Shown: positions 1 through 9,803, counted from the first letter of the stretch. The stretch: DNA of 64,000 bases from an uncultured Anaerotruncus sp. (GCA_902461815.1 CABPZE010000001.1:129374-193373); one strand, 5' to 3'. The notes: a model not told the origin generated them from the sequence alone. Translations and numbers: made by a program.

Positions 1-953
1 CCTGTGGCTCCGACCGCACAAAGCGCATTCATCAGATTGAATTTTCCCGGCATCGGAATTTCAAGCGAATATTCCTTTTCTTCGTAACGGACTGTACCTC
101 TTACGCCGAGCTGATTATCATTGCGGGTAAGTTCGGAGCTTTCAAGAAGATAGTCGGCTTTGCTGTCTGATGCGGAAAATGAGATCTTTGCCGATCCGGA
201 GAAATCGCTTATCATATATCCGGACATTTTGTCGTCAGCGTTGTAAACCGCGTATTTTGCGCCGAAGTCGGTGAACAACTTGTGTTTTGCCGCGGCATAA
301 TGCTCGATACTTGGGTGTTCTGCGCCTCCTATGTGATCTGGTGAAAAGTTGGTAAAGCAAACTGTGTCAAAATCAATACCGCGCACGCGGTTAAGATAAA
401 GCCCCTGTGAGGATACCTCCATGACAAGCGCACGTATTCCTGAATCGACCATTTCGCGCATTAAGCGCTGAAGCTCAAGGCTTTCCGGCGTGGTGTTTAC
501 GGTGGGGATCGTTTTTCCTGAATATATTATCCCGCTTGTGCCGATATAACCTGTCGGTATTCCGGAACGGTTGAGAATATGTGCCGCCATCATGGCAGCT
601 GTGGTTTTTCCTTTGGTGCCGGTGATGCCTATTACCTTCATTTCACGCGATGGAAAGCCGTAGAATGCCGACGCAAGGTCGGCAAGAACCGCGCGTGTAT
701 CGGTATTTACAAACTGAATCGCGTCATCCGGAAGCGCAAGACGGTGTGAAACAAAAAATACACGGCAGCCGTGACCGTATGCCGCGGGGGCAAAGGTGTG
801 CCCGTCAGTAACCGCGCCGACAATGCACACAAAAACTGAATTACTGTCGGCTTTACGGGAATCACTGCACACAGACGTTATATCCGGAGCCTCGCCGAGG
901 TTCTTTATATATTTTTTTAGTCCTGCAAGTTTTAACAGCGTGTCAAGACGCAT
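1..953 (-). CDS. murE: MurE-type Mur ligase (UDP-MurNAc-L-Ala-D-Glu:diamino acid ligase), N-terminal ~317 codons; the 3' end lies beyond the window start
   Basis: My own minus-strand translation from the ATG at 953 gives MRLDTLLKLAGLKKYIKNLGEAPDITSVCSDSRKADSNSVFVCIVGAVTDGH...EMKVIGITGTKGKTTAAMMAAHIL...LVMEVSSQGL. It has the Mur-ligase P-loop GITGTKGKTT. It is missing from the ORF track because it is open at the window edge. Confidence 0.85.
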   Translation of the reverse strand, partial: MRLDTLLKLAGLKKYIKNLGEAPDITSVCSDSRKADSNSVFVCIVGAVTDGHTFAPAAYGHGCRVFFVSHRLALPDDAIQFVNTDTRAVLADLASAFYGFPSREMKVIGITGTKGKTTAAMMAAHILNRSGIPTGYIGTSGIIYSGKTIPTVNTTPESLELQRLMREMVDSGIRALVMEVSSQGLYLNRVRGIDFDTVCFTNFSPDHIGGAEHPSIEHYAAAKHKLFTDFGAKYAVYNADDKMSGYMISDFSGSAKISFSASDSKADYLLESSELTRNDNQLGVRGTVRYEEKEYSLEIPMPGKFNLMNALCAVGAT

Positions 954-1155
954 TGGTTTTACCGTTATGCCGCGTGCGGCATCCTTTTATGTAGTTTGTA
1001 CGTTTAAGTATACCACATTTTTGAGAGAAAATAAACCTTTTACGTTAAAAAACATACGTAAATTGCTGAAAAATTCTTCCAAACACTTGAATTGTCAGCT
1101 TTGAGGTAGTATAATAAACAAAAGAATCCACGCTTTTTTCAAGAGGATCTGTATT

Positions 1156-1749
1156 ATGAATCAAAAAGATGCGCTCAGAATTTTTTCCCATATTCCGCAG
1201 CTTGCCACGCGGCGCCTTGTTCTTCGCGGTCTGAGAGTCTCGGATTCATACGATATGTATGAATATGCCCGACGCCCGGACGTAACGCGTTATCTCACAT
1301 GGCAGCCGCATCCGAGTCGGGAATATACGAGGGAATATCTTGAATATATTCTGACGCGATATCGGGCGGGAGAATTTTATGACTGGGCTGTCATATGGCA
1401 CGAGGACGGAGAGCCGTCGGACAAGATGATAGGCACCTGCGGCTTTACGCGCTTTGATTTTTCAAATAACTCCGCCGAGATCGGATATGTTATTAATCCG
1501 GAATTCCGCGGCAGGGGAATAGCCGGAGAGGCGGCAAGACGTGTCATACGCTTCGGATTTGACGAGCTGGGGCTTAACCGCATAGAAGCGCGATACATGG
1601 ACGGGAACATCGCCTCGCGCAAGGTGATGGAAAAGCTCGGCATGAAGTACGAGGGTACATACCGCAGTGCGCTCAGAGTCGGCGGAGAATATAAGGACGT
1701 CGGCGTTTTCGCATTGCTTTCTGAGGAATACAGCCGCTGGCACTCATAA
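1156..1749 (+). CDS. GNAT family N-acetyltransferase (RimJ/RimL-like)
   Basis: 197-aa ORF. Acetyl-CoA-binding type motif INPEFRGRGIAGEAARRVIRFGF. RBS-like AAGAGGA lies upstream of the ATG. Confidence 0.8.
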   Translation: MNQKDALRIFSHIPQLATRRLVLRGLRVSDSYDMYEYARRPDVTRYLTWQPHPSREYTREYLEYILTRYRAGEFYDWAVIWHEDGEPSDKMIGTCGFTRFDFSNNSAEIGYVINPEFRGRGIAGEAARRVIRFGFDELGLNRIEARYMDGNIASRKVMEKLGMKYEGTYRSALRVGGEYKDVGVFALLSEEYSRWHS

Positions 1750-1774
1750 TTCGTTCAGTTTTAATCAACCACGG

Positions 1775-1823
1775 AAAAACACCAGCCTCACGCAGAACTC
1801 GTTCCGCGTGAGGCTGGTGTTTT
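1775..1823. terminator. Bidirectional intrinsic terminator between the convergent GNAT and permease genes
   Basis: AAAAACACCAGCCTCACGC...GCGTGAGGCTGGTGTTTT: a GC-rich perfect stem flanked by an A-run and a T-run. Confidence 0.8.
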
Positions 1824-1842
1824 ATATTATATGCTTGTTTAT

Positions 1843-3204
1843 TTATTCGGCTTTTCCGTCTTTGTTTTTCTTACCGTTGAGCATAAGGTTTACAAGTATG
1901 CCGAGGATAAGAGCGGTAGCAACCGAAGTAAGGGTTATTTTGCCGAAGCCGAGAGCCATTCCGCCGACGCCGGTAATGAGTATGGTGGAGGCGACGAAGA
2001 GGTTACGGTTGTCGCCGAGATCAACATTCTGGAGCATCTTGAGGCCGCTGACGGCGATGAAGCCGTAAAGGGTGATGCACACGCCGCCCATTACACAGGA
2101 GGGAATGGTGGAGAGGAAGGTTACGAAGGGAGCGAAGAAGGAGATGAGCATTGCCAATATTGCGGTGGTGAATATGGTCATGACCGAAGCGTTTCCGGTT
2201 ATTGCAACGCAGCCGACGCTCTCGCCGTAGGTGGTGTTGGGGCAGCCGCCGAACAGTGCACCGACAAATGAGCCAACGCCGTCGCCGAGAAGGGTGCGGT
2301 GCAGACCGGGATTTTCAAGCAGATCCTGCTCGATGATGCTGGAGAGGTTCTTGTGGTCGGCAATGTGCTCGGCAAAGACCACGAAGGCAACGGGAATGTA
2401 TGCCACGGCAATCGTGCCGATGTATGTACCGATGTTTCCGTCGGCAAAGTCATAGTTGCCGCTGAAGGCTTTTACGAAGGTGAAGTCGGGATACCACTGC
2501 ATATTGGAGAACTTGGAGAAGTCGACGATCTTGAAGGCTTCGATATCTGCCGCCGTACCGATACCGGTGAATATTGCGGCGGCGGCGTAACCGGCAAGGA
2601 TACCGATAACGAAGGGGATGAGCTTCATCATCTTTTTGCCGTACACGGAGCAGAGGGTAACGACTGCAAGGGTTATAAGCGCGCATACAAGGCAAGCGAT
2701 CGAGTGAGCATCCATGGCGAAGGCTCCGGAGGCATTCTTTGCTCCGCTGATAGCATCGCCGACGGCGTTACCCGCGAGGGAAAGACCGATGATTGCAACT
2801 GTGGGACCGATAACGACTGCGGGCATGAGCTTTGTGATCCAACGCACACCTGCGAATTTAACGATAAGAGCGATTATCACATAAACGAGGGCTGCAAATG
2901 CCGCACCGATGATAAGACCGAGGTATCCGACCGAGGCGGAAACTCCGCCGGCGAACGCCGCGCCCATTGATCCGAGAAACGCAAAGGAGCTGCCAAGGAA
3001 AACGGGGCTTTTGAATTTTGTGAAGAGAAGGTAAACGATAGTTCCCACGCCTGCCCCGAACAGAGCGGCGGACTGGGACATTCCGTTGCCGATGATGGTA
3101 GGGACTGCGATGGTCGCTGCGAGAATGGCGAGAAGCTGTTGCAGTGCGAACACAATAAGCTGTCCGAACTTGGGCTTGTCTTTTACACCGTAGATGAGTT
3201 TCAT
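1843..3204 (-). CDS. NCS2 family nucleobase:cation symporter (uracil/xanthine permease type)
   Basis: Polytopic membrane ORF MKLIYGVKDKPKFGQLIVFALQQLLAILAATIAVPTII.... I chose the start at ATG 3204 because GGAGG lies 6 nt upstream. The ORF-track start at 3270 has no RBS. Confidence 0.85.
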   Translation of the reverse strand: MKLIYGVKDKPKFGQLIVFALQQLLAILAATIAVPTIIGNGMSQSAALFGAGVGTIVYLLFTKFKSPVFLGSSFAFLGSMGAAFAGGVSASVGYLGLIIGAAFAALVYVIIALIVKFAGVRWITKLMPAVVIGPTVAIIGLSLAGNAVGDAISGAKNASGAFAMDAHSIACLVCALITLAVVTLCSVYGKKMMKLIPFVIGILAGYAAAAIFTGIGTAADIEAFKIVDFSKFSNMQWYPDFTFVKAFSGNYDFADGNIGTYIGTIAVAYIPVAFVVFAEHIADHKNLSSIIEQDLLENPGLHRTLLGDGVGSFVGALFGGCPNTTYGESVGCVAITGNASVMTIFTTAILAMLISFFAPFVTFLSTIPSCVMGGVCITLYGFIAVSGLKMLQNVDLGDNRNLFVASTILITGVGGMALGFGKITLTSVATALILGILVNLMLNGKKNKDGKAE

Positions 3205-3438
3205 GAAAACCTCCGATAGCGTGCTGTTGCCTTTACAGACGCCGTTTATTTTCCCCGTTTCAGTCCTCAATCGTTACGCGCTAATGGGTATAGAAAATAC
3301 CGCCATGTCTCGGTTTTCGTGACATAGCGGCGCACAGCACGACCTGCATGACGGATGACTCCGCCGGGTCGTATTTATTATTTCCCTGTATCCTAACTGC
3401 GCGCATCTGCCGACATCAGTTGATCCGGTTCTGATAAA

Positions 3439-3467
3439 ATAATACCACATTCGCGTTTGTTTGTAAA
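3439..3467 (-). promoter_or_regulatory. Candidate sigma-A promoter of the nucleobase permease
   Basis: The minus strand reads TTTACA-17 nt-TGgTATTAT (extended -10). This would give a leader of roughly 225 nt. Confidence 0.4.
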
Positions 3468-3709
3468 TAGTAAATGTCGAATTTGAGAAGTAAAAAAATT
3501 GAGCTTGTAAAAGTTGTTTTTTGTCCAATTTATCCAAATTGACAAAGCGGGAATATACGGCAACGTAAAACAGCGCTCTGGTGAGGGCTTGCAATGACGT
3601 ATGTCGGTGCTGCCTTGTGGCATGGTCTCAATATGTGCGTTAAGATTATTTTTAATTCCGGGAAACAATGTAAAAATGAATAGCTGCGGGAAAAGACATG
3701 CAAAATGAC

Positions 3710-3738
3710 TTGACAAAACGCCGTTTGAGGGATATAAT
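3710..3738 (+). promoter_or_regulatory. Candidate sigma-A promoter of the RpiR-family gene
   Basis: TTGACA (3710-3715), 17 nt, TATAAT (3733-3738). Confidence 0.6.
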
Positions 3739-3782
3739 TTAATTGAATAAAATCACAATGCGTCGGGGGAGCGGAACAGTCA

Positions 3783-4646
3783 ATGAATAATAATTTGCTC
3801 GTACTTATGGAGAAGCGGATGCCCGAATTTTCAAAAGGGCAGAAACGCATAGCCCGGTATATTCTTGCTCATTACGACAAAGCGGCGTATATGACAGCGT
3901 CGCGTTTGGGCTCTATTGTTGAAGTTTCGGAATCAACTGTTGTGCGTTTTGCAATAGAGATAGGTTTTGACGGCTATCCTGAGATGCAAAGAGCGCTGCA
4001 GGAGCTTATCCGCACCAGACTTACGGCGGTTCAGCGCGTGGATATAACAAACAATCTGATAGGTGACGACGATGTTCTTGACAGGGTTCTGGCGGCGGAT
4101 GCCGAGAAGATCCGACGCACGCTTGACGAGGTAGACCGCAGCTCCTTTGAGGCCGCTGTCGATAAAATAATCTCCGCAAAATCGATATATATTATCGGGG
4201 TGCGCTCATCCTCCGCCCTTGCAGGATTTCTGAATTTCAACTTCAGAATGATACTTGATAATGTTAGATTTGTGCAGACCACCTCGGGAAGCGAGATGTT
4301 TGAGCAGATAATGAATATCGGTCCGGACGATGTTCTGATAGCGATAAGCTTCCCGCGCTACTCAAAGCGGATAATCAACGCTGTTGAGTATGCTTCCGAG
4401 GCAGGGGCTGATGTTATCTCGATAACAGACAGCCATCAGTCGCCCATCGCCTCGGGCGCTGACCAGCTTCTGCTTGCAAGAAGCGATATGGTCTCTTTTG
4501 TGGATTCTCTGGTCGCTCCGCTTTCTATTATCAACGCAATGATAGTTGCGGTGGCACGCAAGAAGCCGGATGAAATACGCAAGAGGCTTGAAAAGCTTGA
4601 GCAGATCTGGGACGAATATGACGTATATGACAAAACGCAAGGCTGA
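3783..4646 (+). CDS. MurR/RpiR family transcriptional regulator (N-terminal HTH plus SIS sugar-phosphate-binding domain)
   Basis: MPEFSKGQKRIARYILAHYDKAAYMTASRLGSIVEVSESTVVRFAIEIGFDGY is a typical HTH_6 region. It is followed by an SIS-like IYIIGVRSSSALAGF segment. Confidence 0.85.
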   Translation: MNNNLLVLMEKRMPEFSKGQKRIARYILAHYDKAAYMTASRLGSIVEVSESTVVRFAIEIGFDGYPEMQRALQELIRTRLTAVQRVDITNNLIGDDDVLDRVLAADAEKIRRTLDEVDRSSFEAAVDKIISAKSIYIIGVRSSSALAGFLNFNFRMILDNVRFVQTTSGSEMFEQIMNIGPDDVLIAISFPRYSKRIINAVEYASEAGADVISITDSHQSPIASGADQLLLARSDMVSFVDSLVAPLSIINAMIVAVARKKPDEIRKRLEKLEQIWDEYDVYDKTQG

Positions 4647-5931
4647 GGAACGCAGGGAAGCTGAACCTGCAGGAAATATGCCGCGCCCGGAAGTTGCGGT
4701 TATCGGGGGCGGAGCCGCCGGTATGATGACCGCCGCCACTGCCGCAAGGCATGGTGCGGCGGTCACTCTTTTTGAGCGCGAGGAAAAACGCGGCAGAAAG
4801 CTCGGAATTACCGGGAAGGGAAGATGCAATCTGACCAACGACTGCACGCGCGACGAGTTCATGGAGAATGTCCCCGGAAACGCGCGGTTTATGTTTGCTT
4901 CATTTTCCGCTTTTGATCCGCGCGCGGTGATGGAATATTTCGAATCTCTCGGAGTTCCGCTGAAGGTTGAACGGGGAAGAAGGGTCTTTCCGGTTTCCGA
5001 CCGCGCCGGAGACGTGGTTTTTGCACTTGCGCGTGAGGTGGATTCATCGGGATGCCGCACTGTTCATGCCCGCGTCGAAGATATAAAGGTCAATGACGTA
5101 GGCGGGTTCACCGTAACGACCGCCGCCGGAAGCCGGAGCTTTGACCGTGTTGTCATTGCAACGGGCGGCATGTCGTACCCGCGTACAGGTTCAACCGGAG
5201 ACGGCTATGCTTTTGCGCGTAGTATGGGACATATGGTGACAGAGCTGCGCCCGTCTCTTGTGCCTATTGAATCCGGGGCGGCCCTTTGCCGTGAGGCGAT
5301 GGGGCTTACGCTGAAAAATGTATCACTGACTGTAAGGGACGCACAGAGTGGTAAAAATGTTTTTTCAGACTTCGGCGAATTGCTGTTTACGCATTTCGGG
5401 CTTTCAGGACCATTGGCGCTTTCCGCTTCGGCGGCGATAAGAAATGTCGGAAATACTGCTTATGAAGCGGTGATAGACCTCAAGCCCGCACTCGACGAAA
5501 AAACACTTGACCGCAGAGTTCTTTCCGACTTTGAAAAATTCCGCAATCGCGATCTCGTTAATTCTTTGGGCGGACTTCTTCCGCAGAAGCTGATTTCCCC
5601 GTTTGTGGAGCTTGTCGGTATTGCACCGGACAAAAAAGTCAACTCAATAACGCGTGCCGAGCGCGCAAGGATAATATCTTGTCTGAAAAACCTTGTTATT
5701 CCGATCTCCGGACTGCGTCCTGTTGAGGAAGCAGTGGTAACGGCGGGAGGAGTATCCGTAAAGGAGATAAACCCGAAGACGATGGAATCCAAGCTGGTTC
5801 CGGGGCTTTATTTTGCGGGCGAGATCATTGATGTGGACGGATACACCGGGGGCTACAATCTTCAGATAGCGTGGTCTACGGGGCATGCGGCGGGAATCGC
5901 AGCGGCTTTTACGGGTAATAATAATCACTGA
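4618..5931 (+). CDS. HI0933/BaiN-like NAD(P)/FAD-dependent oxidoreductase (aminoacetone oxidase family flavoprotein)
   Basis: Dinucleotide-binding VAVIGGGAAGMMTAATAARHG, and a C-terminal GLYFAGEIIDVDGYTGGYNLQIAWSTG typical of the family. The start is uncertain: ATG at 4618, 4627 or 4678. The ORF-track start at 4546 lies inside the upstream gene. Confidence 0.8.
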   Translation: MTYMTKRKAEERREAEPAGNMPRPEVAVIGGGAAGMMTAATAARHGAAVTLFEREEKRGRKLGITGKGRCNLTNDCTRDEFMENVPGNARFMFASFSAFDPRAVMEYFESLGVPLKVERGRRVFPVSDRAGDVVFALAREVDSSGCRTVHARVEDIKVNDVGGFTVTTAAGSRSFDRVVIATGGMSYPRTGSTGDGYAFARSMGHMVTELRPSLVPIESGAALCREAMGLTLKNVSLTVRDAQSGKNVFSDFGELLFTHFGLSGPLALSASAAIRNVGNTAYEAVIDLKPALDEKTLDRRVLSDFEKFRNRDLVNSLGGLLPQKLISPFVELVGIAPDKKVNSITRAERARIISCLKNLVIPISGLRPVEEAVVTAGGVSVKEINPKTMESKLVPGLYFAGEIIDVDGYTGGYNLQIAWSTGHAAGIAAAFTGNNNH

Positions 5932-6106
5932 TATGTCAGCATGAGGTTTGGTGACATAAATACAATTTTGTGGGATATATCAGAATAACAGGATATTGCA
6001 TTAGCGGTTCAAGGTTATTTTGACGCTGTTTGTGAATCCACGGTAAACAAAAAGTAAACAATGCCTCAAGGTTGCAACTTTCGGGGTGAAAAAGGAGTTA
6101 TTAATA

Positions 6107-6838
6107 ATGATACGCATTGCGATTGACGGTCCGAGCGGCGCCGGTAAAAGCTCGCTTGCCAAAGGGCTTGCCGCACGGCTTGGTATCAACTATCTTGACA
6201 CCGGTGCTCTTTACAGGACAGTAGGATACGCTGCGCGTGAAGCCGGTATCTCTCCGGATGACCGCGAAGCAGTAGTTCGCCTGCTTGAGAGTATTTCGGT
6301 CGAAGCGGTATTTGAAAACGGAACGCAGATGATGTATCTTAACGGCAGAGCACTTGGAGACGAGATACGTCAGCATGAGATCTCGTCATATGCCTCGGCG
6401 GTCTCGGCAATTCCCGAAGTGCGTGCCTTTCTGCTTGAAACGCAGCGCGAGGTCGCGCGGCGTGAAAGCGTGGTGATGGACGGGCGGGACATCGGTACGG
6501 TCATAATGCCGGATGCCGACATAAAAATATTCCTTACCGCCTCCGCAGAGGAGCGCGCTGAAAGGCGTCGCCGCGAGTTAGCCGAACGTGGCGTGGTCGC
6601 AGAATATCCGAAGATACTTGCCGATATTAAGGAACGTGACCGCCGTGACAGCGAACGCGATATTGCTCCTCTGCGCGCCGCTCCAGACGCCATATTGCTT
6701 GACAATTCCGGTTTTACGCCCGAAATGAGCACTGAAGCCGCGCTTCGGCTTATATGCGAGCGTTCCGGAGATATCCTGCCGGACGGTGTGTGCGAGGCGT
6801 GCAGAACCGACGGCGGAAAGGCGGACGGCTGCCGATGA
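6107..6838 (+). CDS. cmk: Cytidylate kinase
   Basis: MIRIAIDGPSGAGKSSLAKGLAARLGINYLDTGALYR. AAAGGAG RBS lies 9 nt upstream of ATG 6107. Confidence 0.9.
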   Translation: MIRIAIDGPSGAGKSSLAKGLAARLGINYLDTGALYRTVGYAAREAGISPDDREAVVRLLESISVEAVFENGTQMMYLNGRALGDEIRQHEISSYASAVSAIPEVRAFLLETQREVARRESVVMDGRDIGTVIMPDADIKIFLTASAEERAERRRRELAERGVVAEYPKILADIKERDRRDSERDIAPLRAAPDAILLDNSGFTPEMSTEAALRLICERSGDILPDGVCEACRTDGGKADGCR

Positions 6839-7470
6839 AAAGTAAATTTTATGCGGTTGCACATTTTCTGCTCGCCTGGCTTGTCAAGGTGATCTTTCTT
6901 GTCTTTTCAAAAAACCGAAAAAATGAGCCGCGACTTTCAGAGGGACCGTATATCGTATGTGCGAATCATATATCGGCAATCGATCCCGTGATAATATGCG
7001 CGGCAACGCGGCGACAGCAGCCGAGATATATGTCAAAGGCGGAGCTTTTCAGGATCCCGGTGCTGGCTCAGCTGTTAAGGGCGATCGGAGCCTATCCCGT
7101 GGATCGCTCTGGTGCGGATGCCGGAGCCGTCCTCAAAACCGTGAAGATGCTTAAGAGCGGGTATTCCGTGGGTATGTTTCCCCAGGGGACACGTCGTCCG
7201 GGAGTCAACCCGGAAGATACGTCGGTTCGTTCAGGTGTGGGGTTTATCTGTGCACATTCTCACGCGCAAGTGCTTCCCGTTTATCTCAAGGTGCGCGGAA
7301 ACCGCATGGGCTTTCTTCGCCCGGTCAAGGTGATCTTCGGCAAGCCGATACAGTACGAGGAATATACCGGTGGCGGAGAATATGAAAAAGATGCCGCGTA
7401 CATTTCAAAATACATCTTTGCGCGCATATGCGAGCTTGGGCGCGAGGACGTCGGTGATAAGAAGAAATGA
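6835..7470 (+). CDS. plsC: 1-acyl-sn-glycerol-3-phosphate acyltransferase
   Basis: Acyltransferase motifs NHISAIDP (HX4D) and FPQGTR. The ATG at 6835 overlaps the cmk stop (ATGA). Confidence 0.85.
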   Translation: MKSKFYAVAHFLLAWLVKVIFLVFSKNRKNEPRLSEGPYIVCANHISAIDPVIICAATRRQQPRYMSKAELFRIPVLAQLLRAIGAYPVDRSGADAGAVLKTVKMLKSGYSVGMFPQGTRRPGVNPEDTSVRSGVGFICAHSHAQVLPVYLKVRGNRMGFLRPVKVIFGKPIQYEEYTGGGEYEKDAAYISKYIFARICELGREDVGDKKK

Positions 7471-9563
7471 GCTGGAAGTTTGAAAGGGTATTTCCTGAGG
7501 GTGGATTTGTCCGTGTTGCCGGAAGCGCCGGTTTTTGCTTCGGCGTTCGCAGGGCAACACAGCGGGTCGAGCAGGCGATAAAAGAAAAGAAGCCAGGCGA
7601 CCGCCTTTACACGCTCGGAAAGCTGATACATAATGACAGCTATCTCTCACGTCTTGCCGATGCGGGCGTTGAGGTGATATGTGAGGAGGATATCCCGCGT
7701 ATCTCACGCGAAGCCGTCAATACAGATTCATATGTTTTCATACGCGCTCACGGTATTACCAAAGAGACCGAGGAGTTACTGAAAAGTGCGTCGCGGGAAA
7801 ATCCGCGCTTTCACTGTATTGACTGTACCTGTCCGTATGTCAAGAAGATACACCGCATTGCTGCGGAAAATTCGGGTACTGACGGAAAAGGGGAACGGGA
7901 GTTCATACTTATCGGTTCTGCGGAGCACCCCGAGGTAAGGGGTATCATGAGCTACTTTGAAGGCAGAAAGAATGCATATGCTACTGCCGAGGAACTGCGT
8001 GTTGCGTTAGAACGTGAAAAGATGGATTATAATGTAAATACAGTTCCTGTTGTGGCAGCTCAAACCACTCAAAAAATATCTGAGTGGAAAAAAAGTCAAG
8101 AAATTATCGAAAAGCTATATACAAGAGCGATAATTTTTGATACAATATGTAATGTTACGGAATCCCGTCAGCTCGAGGCGGAACGGCTTGCGGCGATGTG
8201 TGATCTGATGATAGTTATCGGCGGACAGGACAGTTCCAACACATCAAAGCTTTGCGCGGTCTGCCGCTCGGTCTGCAATAATACGATCAGAATTGCAGAC
8301 GCGGGAGAGCTTGGCGGAATCATTCCGAACACTCACCTTAAGGTGGGAATTGTCGCCGGTGCTTCAACGCCGGACGACATAATAGAGGAGGTATTCAAAA
8401 CAATGAGCGAAACTAAACTCGACAAGGTTGAAATTGAAGGTGAAAACTTTGACGAAATGCTCAACTCAGCGTTCAAAACTTTAAATACAGGAGACACCGT
8501 TACCGGTACAGTAATCGTCATAAGCGATCTCGAGATGAAGCTCGACCTCGGCGCTAAAGTAACCGGTATACTGACCGCCGATCAGACTACAGACGATGCT
8601 TCTGTAAAGCTGAGTGAGATGTACAAGGTCGGCGACCGCATAGATGCGTTCGTCATCCGCGTCAGCGACGTGGACGGTTGCGCGATGCTTTCAAAGAAGC
8701 GCGCAGACCTTGACAAGAACTGGCACAAGATTGCCGAAGCCAAGGAGAACAATGAAACGCTCGAGGCTGTTGTCACCGAAGCGGTAAAGGGCGGCGTTGT
8801 GGCTTCCGTTATGGGCGCCCGCGTATTCATTCCCGCATCCCAGACTGCACTTCCCAAGGAAGCTGATCTTACTCAGCTGGTTGGCAAGACGGTTAAGTTC
8901 AAGGTGATCGAGGTCAAGCCCCAGGGCAAGACCGTAATCGGTTCTATCCGCGCTGCGGCAAGAGAAGAGCGCCGTGCGCTGGAGGACAAGTTCTGGTCTG
9001 AGATCGAGGTCGGCAAATACTATCACGGTACCGTGCGCGGCATGACCGATTACGGTGTGTTTGTTGATCTGGGCGGAGTGGACGGAATGCTCCACAAGAA
9101 GGATCTTTCCTGGAGACCGATACATAAGCCCGCAGACATTCTCAAGCTCGGCGATGAGCTTGACGTGTTCGTAAAGTCCTACAACCCCGAAAAGAAGCAG
9201 ATATCCCTGGGCTACAGAACCGAGGAGACTCATCCGTGGCGCGTTTTCAACTCGCTTTACAAGCTGGGCGACGAGCTTGACGTTACGATCTCAAGCATCA
9301 TGTCCTACGGCGCTTTCGCCCGTATTACAGATGATGTGGACGGACTTATCCATGTGTCGCAGATAGCCCTGACCCGCGTTGACAATCCTGCCGATGTGCT
9401 TCAGGTCGGTCAGACTGTCCGTGTCAAGATCATAAAGATCGATGACGAACAGCAGAGAGTAAGCCTTTCCATCCGCGCAATTCTTGAAGAAGCCGAGCAG
9501 GCTGAGGACTCCGCTGACGAGAGTGCAGAGGTGTCCGAGGATGCTGCGGCAGACGCAGAATAA
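7467..9563 (+). CDS. ispH: Bifunctional 4-hydroxy-3-methylbut-2-enyl diphosphate reductase (IspH) / ribosomal protein S1-like fusion
   Basis: The N-terminal ~290 aa is IspH-like (AGSAGFCFGVRRA, IRAHGITKE, IVIGGQDSSNTSKL). The C-terminal ~400 aa carries four S1-type OB repeats (e.g. GDTVTGTVIVISD, YYHGTVRGMTDYGVFVDL, ISSIMSYGAFARI) and an acidic tail. The start overlaps the plsC stop (ATGA). Confidence 0.9.
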   Translation: MSWKFERVFPEGGFVRVAGSAGFCFGVRRATQRVEQAIKEKKPGDRLYTLGKLIHNDSYLSRLADAGVEVICEEDIPRISREAVNTDSYVFIRAHGITKETEELLKSASRENPRFHCIDCTCPYVKKIHRIAAENSGTDGKGEREFILIGSAEHPEVRGIMSYFEGRKNAYATAEELRVALEREKMDYNVNTVPVVAAQTTQKISEWKKSQEIIEKLYTRAIIFDTICNVTESRQLEAERLAAMCDLMIVIGGQDSSNTSKLCAVCRSVCNNTIRIADAGELGGIIPNTHLKVGIVAGASTPDDIIEEVFKTMSETKLDKVEIEGENFDEMLNSAFKTLNTGDTVTGTVIVISDLEMKLDLGAKVTGILTADQTTDDASVKLSEMYKVGDRIDAFVIRVSDVDGCAMLSKKRADLDKNWHKIAEAKENNETLEAVVTEAVKGGVVASVMGARVFIPASQTALPKEADLTQLVGKTVKFKVIEVKPQGKTVIGSIRAAAREERRALEDKFWSEIEVGKYYHGTVRGMTDYGVFVDLGGVDGMLHKKDLSWRPIHKPADILKLGDELDVFVKSYNPEKKQISLGYRTEETHPWRVFNSLYKLGDELDVTISSIMSYGAFARITDDVDGLIHVSQIALTRVDNPADVLQVGQTVRVKIIKIDDEQQRVSLSIRAILEEAEQAEDSADESAEVSEDAAADAE

Positions 9564-9585
9564 TTTTTCAACCGTATAAACTATG

Positions 9586-9637
9586 CCGGCGACGGTTCAT
9601 ATCCAAGGGTTTGAACCGTCGTCGGTTTTTGTTTTTT
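9586..9637 (+). terminator. Intrinsic terminator after ispH/S1
   Basis: CCGGCGACGGTTCA...TGAACCGTCGTCGG followed by TTTTTGTTTTTT. Confidence 0.85.
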
Positions 9638-9719
9638 GTAGAATGTACTTTTTGACGTATTAAAGTGCGTTTCCCAGCGTCACCAGGAAAGAAACAGATA
9701 ATTATTTGGGATTATGTAC

Positions 9720-9748
9720 TTGAAAAAACTCGTATTTGGGTATATAAT
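9720..9748 (+). promoter_or_regulatory. Candidate sigma-A promoter of nagB
   Basis: TTGAAA, 17 nt, TATAAT. Confidence 0.5.
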
Positions 9749-9803
9749 GTTGTTATGACGGTAAACACCGCATGTCATCTTTTGAAAAAAGGTTGGTTTA
9801 CAA

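Noticed and set aside
796-1104. 102-aa plus-strand ORF
   Set aside because: It mostly overlaps the 5' end of murE on the other strand and the murE promoter region. It has no RBS and an implausible sequence.
3205-3431. Purine (guanine/adenine) riboswitch or PyrR attenuator upstream of the nucleobase permease
   Set aside because: I looked for the conserved purine-riboswitch core (UAUAAU...GGAUAUGG...CCGUAAAU...GACUAUG) and for the PyrR loop (UCCAGAGAGG). I found neither, so the leader is left unassigned.
3274-3850. Three overlapping ~106-aa minus-strand ORFs in the permease/rpiR intergenic region
   Set aside because: They lie in AT-rich intergenic DNA, with no RBS and odd composition. They overlap promoter-like elements and the rpiR 5' end.
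4362-5060. 232-aa minus-strand ORF spanning the rpiR/oxidoreductase junction
   Set aside because: It is antisense to two well-supported genes and is a Ser/Arg/Pro/Ala-rich shadow frame.
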